Below are positions 19,399-28,146 of a DNA stretch of 64,000 bases, piece by piece (position 1 is the stretch's first letter; each line of letters begins with the position of its first letter). The notes under the pieces are model-generated. The model had not been told where the DNA came from and did no database searches. It saw nothing but the letters and a program-made list of their open reading frames with translations. This DNA comes from an uncultured Clostridia bacterium. GTDB taxonomy: Bacteria; Bacillota; Clostridia; Christensenellales; UBA1242. The stretch covers positions 27,443-91,442 of the forward strand of contig CAMEJD010000004.1 of NCBI GenBank assembly GCA_945919375.1, given 5' to 3'. Made by a program: the position numbers and the translations under genes.

Positions 19399-20739
19399 TT
19401 AAAGAATTGGACCTTCGTCATCATCAATTTTTCTTGCCGACTCACTCTCTTCCAAACTTACTTCAACTCTTGTGTCGCCATCCATATGCACATTGTGAAT
19501 AATAGGTTTCCACTCAACTTCTTTTTTGAAAAGTGCTGTGATATACAATGGAATATACATTGCCCAGTAAAACACACTCATAAGACAACAAATAAGTGCA
19601 TTTTTGAATGTTATATTTGTGTGTTTTCTTTCAACAATAAGCATAATCATTGCATAGAAAAAGTAGAATAAATAAATTACACCAATAACAATTGCAAAAG
19701 CTCGCCAAACTTTCCATGCAATTTCTTCGTGTAGGCACGAGCCAACAATTCCTAACACAAGTGTAAACACTGCATACAAAATTGTTGATGCAAGTAGCAC
19801 CATAACCGGAAGAACACTCATTGAATATTCAAATTTGCTCCAACGGTTCTTTTTGTCAAACACTGCACTTTTTAGTAACTGCTTTTGGTACTTTTTGTTG
19901 ACTTGCCCATAACCTTTTACCCAACGGAGTCTTTGATTCCAACTTGCTTTTAGTGATGTTGGTTGTTCGTCATAAAATTCTGCATATTCGTTATAGGTTG
20001 ACTTAACATTATTTAGTGTTGAGAAAAGAGATATTTCATAGTCTTCGGTTAGTGTGTAAAAATTCCAACCGCCCATTTGCTTTAATATATCATATGCGAT
20101 ATAAAACCCTGTTCCACTTACCATAACATTGCGATTAAATCTTGCTCTGCTTTTGTTATGAAAGGTGTTAATCATAGAAAATGTTAATGCACTGCAAGAA
20201 GCAACCCAACCACCATTCCAGTTTTTGCTATTTCTGTAACCCAAGCAAAGTTTGTAACCTGCGTCATATGTGTTGTTCATCTCACGAACAAAGTTTTTAT
20301 CAAGAACATTGTCTGCATCGCAAATAATAAAAGCGTCATAAACTTTATTCTTCTCAAAAATATCTTTTATTGCTTCATCCAAAGCATAACCCTTACCTTT
20401 GTTTTCTAGGTGCTTACGAACAAATATATTTGTATTTTTGTATTTTTTTGCAATCTCGCAAGTTGGGTCATCTTCACTTTCAACAATAACATATGTGTCA
20501 ATTAAATCGTGATTATAATTTTGTTCACTAATTGACAACAGCAATTGCTCAATAACTGCACTCTCGTTTCTTGCCGGAATCAAAACTGCAAATTTATGGT
20601 CTACTTTTGCATCTGGGAATTTTTTTGCTGGAAACAACCCAAAAATATGGTGAATGATTTTTTGGAGTAAAAGTATAAAACTTATTCCCAATAAAATATA
20701 AAATATAATATTACCTATGTTAAAAATTGTGTGATACAT
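19399..20739 (-). CDS. Family-2 glycosyltransferase, membrane-integrated, processive type
   Basis: The motifs are VLIPARNES, a DAD-containing segment (IICDADNV) and QRLRWVKG (QxxRW). TM helices flank the domain on both sides. Confidence 0.8.
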   Translation of the reverse strand: MYHTIFNIGNIIFYILLGISFILLLQKIIHHIFGLFPAKKFPDAKVDHKFAVLIPARNESAVIEQLLLSISEQNYNHDLIDTYVIVESEDDPTCEIAKKYKNTNIFVRKHLENKGKGYALDEAIKDIFEKNKVYDAFIICDADNVLDKNFVREMNNTYDAGYKLCLGYRNSKNWNGGWVASCSALTFSMINTFHNKSRARFNRNVMVSGTGFYIAYDILKQMGGWNFYTLTEDYEISLFSTLNNVKSTYNEYAEFYDEQPTSLKASWNQRLRWVKGYGQVNKKYQKQLLKSAVFDKKNRWSKFEYSMSVLPVMVLLASTILYAVFTLVLGIVGSCLHEEIAWKVWRAFAIVIGVIYLFYFFYAMIMLIVERKHTNITFKNALICCLMSVFYWAMYIPLYITALFKKEVEWKPIIHNVHMDGDTRVEVSLEESESARKIDDDEGPIL

Positions 20740-20751
20740 TTTGTTATCCTT

Positions 20752-21333
20752 TTAGTATGGTTCAAATTCAATAATTTCTATTTTTGCTGTTGCCAACCTA
20801 TACGCTCGCACCAAATTTAGTTGCATCATCCTTCTATCCAAAAAGAATGCGTCAGTTCCTTCCCACAAAAATAGCCAAGCAAATATATCAATAAGATAGG
20901 TAAATTCGGTTGATGCAAAGTGAATCAGTAGCAAATAAATCGCCGAGAAAAGAACGCCTAAAATTACAAACCACATTGAAAAAATTGTTGTTCTATGCAT
21001 TTTTTCTTCTATTCCACGAACTTCATTTACATAATTTTCTTTTATAGCATTTTCAATTTCAACTCGCTTTTCTTCTGTTGCATTTTTAACATGAAATCTA
21101 ATTGTTAAGTCATAATCATAATGCACAGCATTGTTCTTTTGCCCTAAATAGTCTACCAAACTTGATGAAAGTGTGTCCCCACCTTTATAACAATGTGGCG
21201 AAAAAATATCGTCATAATTTTCTGCTCCGACATTTATAATTGCTCTTTCATCATCTATAATTACAAAGTCATTGTTATGCCTTTTGTATTTTAATTCGGA
21301 TTTAAGTTCTTTTATCCTTTTGCCAATTATCAT
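20752..21333 (-). CDS. Hypothetical membrane protein (C-terminal TM hairpin)
   Basis: This 193-aa ORF lies 12 nt upstream of the GT2 gene. It has two C-terminal hydrophobic helices. Confidence 0.6.
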   Translation of the reverse strand: MIIGKRIKELKSELKYKRHNNDFVIIDDERAIINVGAENYDDIFSPHCYKGGDTLSSSLVDYLGQKNNAVHYDYDLTIRFHVKNATEEKRVEIENAIKENYVNEVRGIEEKMHRTTIFSMWFVILGVLFSAIYLLLIHFASTEFTYLIDIFAWLFLWEGTDAFFLDRRMMQLNLVRAYRLATAKIEIIEFEPY

Positions 21334-21418
21334 AAAATATTATTATCCCTTGGTTTTTATATGTTAACATATAACAAAAAAATTTTCAACTCATAAAAAT
21401 GTTTTGTTTTTATATTAC

Positions 21419-21446
21419 AAAAAAATCTTGTCTAAAAATAGACAGG
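21419..21446 (-). terminator. Intrinsic terminator downstream of the lipoprotein gene
   Basis: On the minus strand, the hairpin cctgtcta-tttt-tagacaag is followed by a T-run. Confidence 0.55.
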
Positions 21447-21468
21447 ACTTTTTGTTTTATTCATATAA

Positions 21469-22548
21469 TTATTCAGTGACTCCACCAACATATGTTGTTC
21501 CAACGACTGCTGTTTTTTCTACAAAATTACCATTACTTTCAGTTGTTGAAATTCTTAATTTAACAATTTCGCCACCTTTAAACTCTAGTTTTGCACCATA
21601 GTTATCACCATATTCAACATATGCATTATTAAGTTTTCCACCCTTCACTGTAAACTTTCCAGGATTTGTTTTTGAATAACTGTTTGCATTGATAAACATA
21701 TTATCAACTTCGCCACCATTTATTGTTCCAGTAGCATTTGCACCAATCCAAAGGTCAGCACTGTATTTGTATGTATAATCTGTGTCAGTTTTTCTTTGGT
21801 GTCCTTTGATTGAGCCACTTATCATTTCAAATTCTGCACTTTTTGTAACATAAACACCATATGCCCATGTGTCCGCTCTGTATCCATTTTTAAGAACAGC
21901 TCCATTGATAACAAGTTTACCTGCTGCAACATACGCAACCCTTGCCTTTTTTAATGCATCTATTTCTACATTTTTTAGTGTTACAGTGGTATTTGATGTT
22001 TCCATTTCCAAAATATTCCCACCACTAAAAGTTTGACTTGCTTTGACTTTGTATTTCCCTTGACCGTCAAGAACAAATGTCTTGTTTGCCACTAAAGGTT
22101 GTGACACCACAATATCTTCATTCATTTTTATTATTCCATCTTTTTGAACATTATTAAATGCTTCCGTAAATGTTGCATAAGATGTTACGGCACTGCCGTT
22201 TGCAACAGTAAAACCTTTTATTTCCACTTCTTTGCTATCTTGATAATCTTTGTAGCCTTTTTGTGACAATTTGAAATATACTGTGTATGTTCCAACTTCT
22301 TTTAAGTCAACATCTTTCTTTTGAACAAAAGTTTCTCCATCAAGCGAATATGTCACTTGAACATCTTTGTCATCTTCATATGTAACTTCAAAAACATGAG
22401 AACTCCCATCATATGTAAATGATGTTTGACCGATTTTGATTTTATCTTTATCAAAATCTTTTTCGCCACACCCAACAAGCATTGCTCCGGATATAACAAC
22501 AACTGCAAGCATAAACACTGACGCAATAATTTTTGAAAATTTTTTCAT
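21469..22548 (-). CDS. Surface lipoprotein with an Ig-like (YDG/MBG-type) N-terminal domain and a probable beta-helix region
   Basis: The signal peptide carries a lipobox (MLVGC). The segment FTYDGSSHVFEVTY...GTYTVYFKL resembles an Ig-like repeat. The C-terminal half is rich in G/N/V/T beta-strand repeats. Confidence 0.65.
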   Translation of the reverse strand: MKKFSKIIASVFMLAVVVISGAMLVGCGEKDFDKDKIKIGQTSFTYDGSSHVFEVTYEDDKDVQVTYSLDGETFVQKKDVDLKEVGTYTVYFKLSQKGYKDYQDSKEVEIKGFTVANGSAVTSYATFTEAFNNVQKDGIIKMNEDIVVSQPLVANKTFVLDGQGKYKVKASQTFSGGNILEMETSNTTVTLKNVEIDALKKARVAYVAAGKLVINGAVLKNGYRADTWAYGVYVTKSAEFEMISGSIKGHQRKTDTDYTYKYSADLWIGANATGTINGGEVDNMFINANSYSKTNPGKFTVKGGKLNNAYVEYGDNYGAKLEFKGGEIVKLRISTTESNGNFVEKTAVVGTTYVGGVTE

Positions 22549-22612
22549 TTCCCCTCCCCTTTTTCAAAAATTATCATATCATATATCTTTTGTTCCTAAA
22601 ACTAATATTTTG

Positions 22613-23185
22613 TCATTTTTTAAATTTTTTGTTCAATTTTGCAATTGTTATTATATGATTATTTTTAAAAAATGTTCTATATCTTACAGCATCTGTATTT
22701 GTCAAAATATCTTTTATGTTAAAAAATATTGAAGTATCAAAAAGTTTTACTGTGCTTTCTTTTTTTGTCCAAATTTCCAAAAACTTTTTTGTTTTATTTT
22801 TACTATTTTTTATTTCTTCAATTTCTTTTTCATTGCAAACTTTTTTTATTAGGTTTGTTTTGTGTCCCTTTATTTCTTCCATATCTATGCCGACATTCTC
22901 TTTTGATATTGCTATAACCAAGGCATTTTTTGTGTGAGAAATTGAGAAATGCTTTTTGTTTTCAATATATGGTTTTCCATTTTTTGAATAGCAAAAATCT
23001 GTATTCCCTTTTAATTTTAAATATTTTTTTATTAAATAATATTCAATTATTTTTATTTTTTTTGTATTTATATCATTTATTTTGTCAATTTGTTTTTTTC
23101 TTGATAATGGCAAAAAAGAATATAATTTTTTATATTCTTTTTCATTTATTTTATTAAATTTGTCAAAATAAATTATTTTATCCAT
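22613..23185 (-). CDS. Sfp-type 4'-phosphopantetheinyl transferase
   Basis: The motifs are GKPYIENKKHFSISHTKN, VGIDMEEI and WTKKESTVK. Confidence 0.75.
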   Translation of the reverse strand: MDKIIYFDKFNKINEKEYKKLYSFLPLSRKKQIDKINDINTKKIKIIEYYLIKKYLKLKGNTDFCYSKNGKPYIENKKHFSISHTKNALVIAISKENVGIDMEEIKGHKTNLIKKVCNEKEIEEIKNSKNKTKKFLEIWTKKESTVKLFDTSIFFNIKDILTNTDAVRYRTFFKNNHIITIAKLNKKFKK

Positions 23186-23186
23186 T

Positions 23187-23777
23187 TTATTTTTTTAAAA
23201 AAGACAATTTACTCCTTATTCTTGACAACGCATTGTCAACACTTTTGTATGTAATATTTAGTGTTTTTGAAATTTGTTCATAACTTTCGCCCAGCAAAAA
23301 TAACTTTAATACTTTTTGCTCAAACTTTGAAAGTGTGTTTGTTATAATTTCCTTTACTTCTTGATAATTTTCATTTTCAATCAATTCTTTTTCTGGTGAT
23401 AGCACTGTTGATGGAATAATTAAATCTATTTCATCGTTATCCTCATTTTTGGAAACACTTGAAAGAGAAATTGCATCCGTAAGTATTGCATTTTTTTTGC
23501 TATGTGCACTCTTTACTGCCGACTGCACATTTCTTGTTATACACAAATATGCAAATGTTTTGAAACTTGCTTTTTCCGTTTCTTTATAACTTTTGATTGC
23601 TTTATATAAACCAATCATTGCTTCTTGCAACAAATCATCATAATCAGAACCAATTAAGAAATAACTTCTTGCAATTTTATTTGCCATTCTTTTGTATTTT
23701 TTCAATAAAAAATCGAGTGATGAATCATCACCACTATTTGCTAGTTTTACTAATTGTTCATCACTCAATCTTTCCAT
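23187..23777 (-). CDS. sigH: RNA polymerase sigma factor SigH-like
   Basis: The motifs are ARSYFLIGSDYDDLLQEAMIGLYKAIKSY, FKTFAYLCITRN and KSVDNALSRIRSKL. The conserved mrnC-rlmB-sigH synteny supports the call. Confidence 0.88.
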   Translation of the reverse strand: MERLSDEQLVKLANSGDDSSLDFLLKKYKRMANKIARSYFLIGSDYDDLLQEAMIGLYKAIKSYKETEKASFKTFAYLCITRNVQSAVKSAHSKKNAILTDAISLSSVSKNEDNDEIDLIIPSTVLSPEKELIENENYQEVKEIITNTLSKFEQKVLKLFLLGESYEQISKTLNITYKSVDNALSRIRSKLSFLKK

Positions 23778-24499
23778 TATCTTTGTTCCAAAATTTTATA
23801 TACAGCAATTCCACAAGCAACACTTGCATTCAAACTGTTAATTTGTCCTTTTTGTGCAAGTGATACCACTTCATCACAATTTTCTTTTACCAAGTGGCTT
23901 ATTCCAAAACCTTCACTTCCAACAACCAAAGCAATCGCTCCAGACAAATTAGTTTTGTTTATATCTTTTCCACCAAGTTCAAGTCCATAAACCCAAACAC
24001 CTTTTTCCTTTAAATCTGCAATAGTATTGTTAAGGTTTATAACACTTGCAATTTTCATATTTGCTGTTGCACCAGCACTTGTTTTTATAACTGTTTCATT
24101 TACAGGACAAGCTCTTCTTTTTGGAATAATAATTCCATGAACTCCTGCACATTCACAAGTACGAATAATTGCACCAAAATTATGTGGGTCTTCTATACCG
24201 TCCAAAATAACAATAAAAGGTGCTTCATTTTTTTCTTCTGCAAGTTTTAATATATCATCAACATCACAATATGCAAAATCAACAGTATCACAAATAAAAC
24301 CTTGATGATGTTTTGTTGTACTTTTTTTGTCCAAAAAGTCTTTTGAAACAAAATCAATTCTAACTTTATTTTGTTTTGCCATACTTATTATTTGATTTGA
24401 TACTTTATCATAAAGTTTTGCATTTTGAACAAAAAGTCTGTTTATTGTTGCTCCACTTTCCAATAATTCTTTTACTGGATTTTTACCTTCTACTATCAT
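23777..24499 (-). CDS. rlmB: 23S rRNA 2'-O-methyltransferase, TrmH family (RlmB/YacO-like)
   Basis: It has SpoU/TrmH motifs (LDGIEDPHNFGAIIRT, LVVGSEGFGIS, SLNASVACGIAVY). Its position between mrnC and sigH supports the call. Confidence 0.85.
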   Translation of the reverse strand: MIVEGKNPVKELLESGATINRLFVQNAKLYDKVSNQIISMAKQNKVRIDFVSKDFLDKKSTTKHHQGFICDTVDFAYCDVDDILKLAEEKNEAPFIVILDGIEDPHNFGAIIRTCECAGVHGIIIPKRRACPVNETVIKTSAGATANMKIASVINLNNTIADLKEKGVWVYGLELGGKDINKTNLSGAIALVVGSEGFGISHLVKENCDEVVSLAQKGQINSLNASVACGIAVYKILEQR

Positions 24500-24593
24500 T
24501 TTTATTTTTCCTTTTTATTTTGTTTTGTCATTTCAAAAATATATTTTGAAACTACTTTTATTTCATGTGAGTTGTCAAATCCTGCTCACAAGA

Positions 24594-24989
24594 TTATTGA
24601 ACAGAAATATCTAATATCTCGTTCATTCTTTCAGTTTGTCCACTTAAATATAAGTATCCAACAAGTGCTTCAAAACAAGTTGCTTTTTTATATTCAGTCA
24701 AATTGCTGTTTTTGGCAATATTGTTTGTCTTTGCATTTCTTGTTCGTCTTACAATGTCTTTTTCTTCTTCACTCAAACCGCTTTCAATTTTGTCAAGCAC
24801 CAAACTTTGAGTTTTTGCTTTGCAAAAGTGTGAGCAATCTTTGTTATAGTCATTCAATTTTTCAAGTTTGCTTTTAACAACAAAATCTCTAACAAAAATT
24901 GTATGAACCCCATCCCCAATAAATGCAAGCACAAGTGGGGATAAGTTTTTGATTTGATTTTGTGTTAATTTTTCTGTTTCTATTTTCAT
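24594..24989 (-). CDS. mrnC: Mini-ribonuclease 3
   Basis: The 131-aa protein carries an LAFIGDGVHTIFVRDF signature. The synteny with rlmB and sigH is conserved. Confidence 0.85.
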   Translation of the reverse strand: MKIETEKLTQNQIKNLSPLVLAFIGDGVHTIFVRDFVVKSKLEKLNDYNKDCSHFCKAKTQSLVLDKIESGLSEEEKDIVRRTRNAKTNNIAKNSNLTEYKKATCFEALVGYLYLSGQTERMNEILDISVQ

Positions 24990-24993
24990 AATT

Positions 24994-26712
24994 CTACCAA
25001 TTTTTTAGTTCACTCATATCAAATGGTTTTGAAAAATGTTCTTTATATTCATTTAACTTATCATCATCAATTCTTGCATAAAGTGGCTTTGGTGCATTTG
25101 TTTTATGATCTTTCTTTACGTCAATAAGTTTTGCATTATCCCAATAACCATCTTCACTTGGACTGCCGGCAAAATTAAGTTGCTCTGTCCAAATTTCTTT
25201 TGTACGATTGCACATAATTGGGCTTGCAACAATACACAAAGATTTTGCCATATTTAGACATAGATACAAAACTTTTTTCGCTTTGTCTATTTCGCCATTT
25301 TTTATTAGAGTCCAAGGTGCTGACTTTTCAAGATATGTGTTTCCAACACCTGCAAAATTCATAATTTGTTTAAATGCTTCCCTAAATTCTGTATGTTCAA
25401 ACAAGTCCTTTATTTTGTCCGGATAAGTTTTGATTGCTTCAATCATTTCGTTATCAAACTCATTTAGTTCAACTGTGTCATCTAACTCAAAATCAAGTTT
25501 ACCTTCAAAATTCTTCCAAATCATATTTAGTGTTCTATTAAAGAAATTACCAAATTTCCCAACAAGTTCACTGTTTGTTGTAAGTTTGTAATCTTCCCAC
25601 TTAAAGTCACTGTCTTTGTTCTCTGGGAACACTGTCACAAGATATGCTCTTAATGTGTCTATATCAATATCGCTTGTAAGCAATCCATCACAAAATACAC
25701 CAATATTTTTGCTCTTTGAGAATTTTTGACCTTCATAGTTCATAAAGCAAAAGCCTACAACATTGTGTGCCAAATTATATTCACCTTCGCCAAGTAGCAT
25801 TGCTGGGAAAAATACCGAATGGAATGGAATATTGTCCTTCCCAATAAAGTTATAAATTTCAGCATCGTCACTTTGCCAATACTTTTTAACTAACTCATTT
25901 CCACCAAGTTCTTTTGTAATTGAAATATACCCAATTGGGGCATCAAACCAAACATAAAAGACTTTGTCTTCAAACCCTTCTTTTGGAACTTTTATTCCCC
26001 AAGGTATATCTCTTGTTATTGCTCTTGGCTCAAGACCAGCATTTATCCACCTTTTTGCTTCTTTATAAACAGTTGGACGCCAAATATCTTTTTTGCTTTC
26101 TATCCATTCGTCAAGTTTTGGTGCCAATTTATCCAATCTTAAATATAAATGTTTTGTTGACTTTCTTACTGCACTATTTCCACAGAACTTGCATTTTGGG
26201 TCAATAAGTTCACTTGTTTCATATGTTTCCCCACACTTATCGCATTGGTCACCATATGCCCCTTCATATCCACATTTTGGACATTTACCTATTACAAATC
26301 TATCTGCAAGTGCAATATGGTCATGCTCACAATAAAGCATCTCATCTTCTTTTTCGCTAATATAACCATTTTCATCCAACTTTTTGAAAAATGCTTGCGT
26401 TACTTCATTATGAACTTTTGTATTTGTTCCACTGTTCAATGAATAGTCTATATTAAGTTTTTTATATATAGCCCTATGAATGTTGTCAAATTTTTTTACA
26501 AGTTCATCAGGTGTCAAGTTATTCTCTTTGGCACAAATAAGAGTTGCTGTGCCATGGTCATCACTTCCCCCAACAAAAACAGCATCGTTGCCTATGCTCT
26601 TGTTAAACTTGAAAAATATATCTGCTGGCAAATGACAACCAACAATATGTCCAAGATGTGGCACGTTGTTAATGTATGGTAGTGCCGCTGTTATCAAAAC
26701 TTTCTTCTTCAT
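24994..26712 (-). CDS. metG: Methionine--tRNA ligase
   Basis: It has a HIGH-type motif (PYINNVPHLGHIVG), zinc knuckles (CPKCGYEGAYGDQCDKCG and CKFCG) and a KMSKS-type motif (KFSKSKN). Confidence 0.92.
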   Translation of the reverse strand: MKKKVLITAALPYINNVPHLGHIVGCHLPADIFFKFNKSIGNDAVFVGGSDDHGTATLICAKENNLTPDELVKKFDNIHRAIYKKLNIDYSLNSGTNTKVHNEVTQAFFKKLDENGYISEKEDEMLYCEHDHIALADRFVIGKCPKCGYEGAYGDQCDKCGETYETSELIDPKCKFCGNSAVRKSTKHLYLRLDKLAPKLDEWIESKKDIWRPTVYKEAKRWINAGLEPRAITRDIPWGIKVPKEGFEDKVFYVWFDAPIGYISITKELGGNELVKKYWQSDDAEIYNFIGKDNIPFHSVFFPAMLLGEGEYNLAHNVVGFCFMNYEGQKFSKSKNIGVFCDGLLTSDIDIDTLRAYLVTVFPENKDSDFKWEDYKLTTNSELVGKFGNFFNRTLNMIWKNFEGKLDFELDDTVELNEFDNEMIEAIKTYPDKIKDLFEHTEFREAFKQIMNFAGVGNTYLEKSAPWTLIKNGEIDKAKKVLYLCLNMAKSLCIVASPIMCNRTKEIWTEQLNFAGSPSEDGYWDNAKLIDVKKDHKTNAPKPLYARIDDDKLNEYKEHFSKPFDMSELKNW

Positions 26713-26732
26713 TTATCCGTCCTTTTAAAAAG

Positions 26733-26968
26733 TTATCCACATTTGTACAATATGCATAAATAATCTTTTCTTTTGCACTAATTATATATTTATCCACAGG
26801 GTTTTGTCAATTAACTATTGCCTTTTTATCCACTAAAATATAGAAATGTGGAAAAGTTATCCACATTTCCACATTTGAATATTTATTCATTTTGTTAATT
26901 ATTTATGTATTTTTATAAATTGTATGCAAAATGTGGACAAAAATCTAAAAGTTATCCACATTTCCACA
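26733..26968. promoter_or_regulatory. DnaA-box cluster (4 perfect TTATCCACA boxes plus several 1-2-mismatch boxes)
   Basis: Perfect boxes lie at 26733-26741, 26790-26798, 26857-26865 and 26952-26960. One-mismatch boxes lie at 26826-26834, 26847-26855 (reverse) and 26932-26940 (reverse). The 23-nt string aaaagttatccacatttccacat occurs twice. Confidence 0.8.
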
Positions 26969-27103
26969 TACAGTTATAATAACATAACATCATTTTCTTA
27001 TTTTTATTGATATGATACTTTATTGTATTGTGTATAACTTGTTTATATACATGTGTATAAGTGTAGAAAATGTCTGTTTTCAGAATTTTTTGACGAATGT
27101 CTT

Positions 27104-28102
27104 TTATATAAATTTGAATATAACATTAAGCACCAAATACACAATGTACATAATATACAACCCCAAAAATACAAAGCCTTGCCATCTGTATGTTTTTTTT
27201 GTAATCAATATTGGTAATAGTAATAATATACTAAATAACAAGGAAAGAGCAAGCGAAATATATGCAGTTTCTTTTGTTATTATCATCTTTGAATTGAATG
27301 CCACAAGTTTTGAAACGCCCAAAATCAAAGTTACATTAAGAATGCTTGAGCCAATAACGTTACCAATTGCAAGATATGGCGAATCTCCCTTTATTGCATT
27401 CAACACAATCACAAGTTCTGGCAAACTTGTTCCAACTGCGACAATAGTAAGTCCAACAAATTCTTCACTTATTCCAACAACCTTTGCCAAAAATTCAACC
27501 TTGTCAACAAGAAGATATGCACCACCACCAATTGCACCTGCACCTAATATAAATAGTAATATAGTTAGCCAAAGTGGTTTTTGCTTTTTTTCTTGCACGC
27601 TTTTCTTTTGCGACTTTTTATCAGTTGTAACTGCATCAATATAGTTTACAACAAAATACAAAACGGTCAATGCAAGCAAAACATATGCCATTACATTTGT
27701 TATTTCAAAAAACAGTCCAAAACCAAAAATTACAAAGGCAACAACCAAACTTAAATAATACTTAAGCATTCCCCCACGAGATAAATCACAACCTTTGTAT
27801 GCAAAGCAAATACCCAAAATTAAACCATAGTTGCAAAGAAGCGAACCAACAGCATTTCCAACTGCCAAATCAGTTGTTCCATCCAAACTTGAAAATATTG
27901 CAATCAGTAGTTCCGGCAATGTTGTTGCAATACTTGCAATTGTTGCACCAAAAACAAGACTTGGAATTTTTAACCTTTTTGCAATATCTTGACTGCTATC
28001 AACAAATATATCTCCACCTTTTATCACCAAAAACAAGGCGACCAAAAGCAAAAGTACCGCAATAAAAATTTTCATAATTTTCCTTTTTTTTATTGTGTGC
28101 AA
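27104..28102 (-). CDS. Ca2+/Na+ antiporter (CaCA/YrbG family)
   Basis: It has duplicated alpha-repeat motifs (GATIASIATTLPELL/GNAVGS and VAVGTSLPELV/GNVIGSSILN). The start may be the MKIFIAV ATG at 28075. Confidence 0.88.
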   Translation of the reverse strand: MHTIKKRKIMKIFIAVLLLLVALFLVIKGGDIFVDSSQDIAKRLKIPSLVFGATIASIATTLPELLIAIFSSLDGTTDLAVGNAVGSLLCNYGLILGICFAYKGCDLSRGGMLKYYLSLVVAFVIFGFGLFFEITNVMAYVLLALTVLYFVVNYIDAVTTDKKSQKKSVQEKKQKPLWLTILLFILGAGAIGGGAYLLVDKVEFLAKVVGISEEFVGLTIVAVGTSLPELVIVLNAIKGDSPYLAIGNVIGSSILNVTLILGVSKLVAFNSKMIITKETAYISLALSLLFSILLLLPILITKKTYRWQGFVFLGLYIMYIVYLVLNVIFKFI

Positions 28103-28146
28103 AAAGGTTTTTGTTATACAAAAAAATGCATAGAATACTATGCACT

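Noticed and set aside
26713-27103. Possible T-box leader upstream of metG
   Set aside because: On the minus strand I could not find a T-box-like GGTGGTACCGCG motif or a specifier/terminator-antiterminator arrangement. The spacer is dominated by DnaA boxes instead.
27012-27644. A 210-aa plus-strand ORF
   Set aside because: It lies entirely antisense to the well-supported CaCA antiporter gene, and its translation has no recognisable features.
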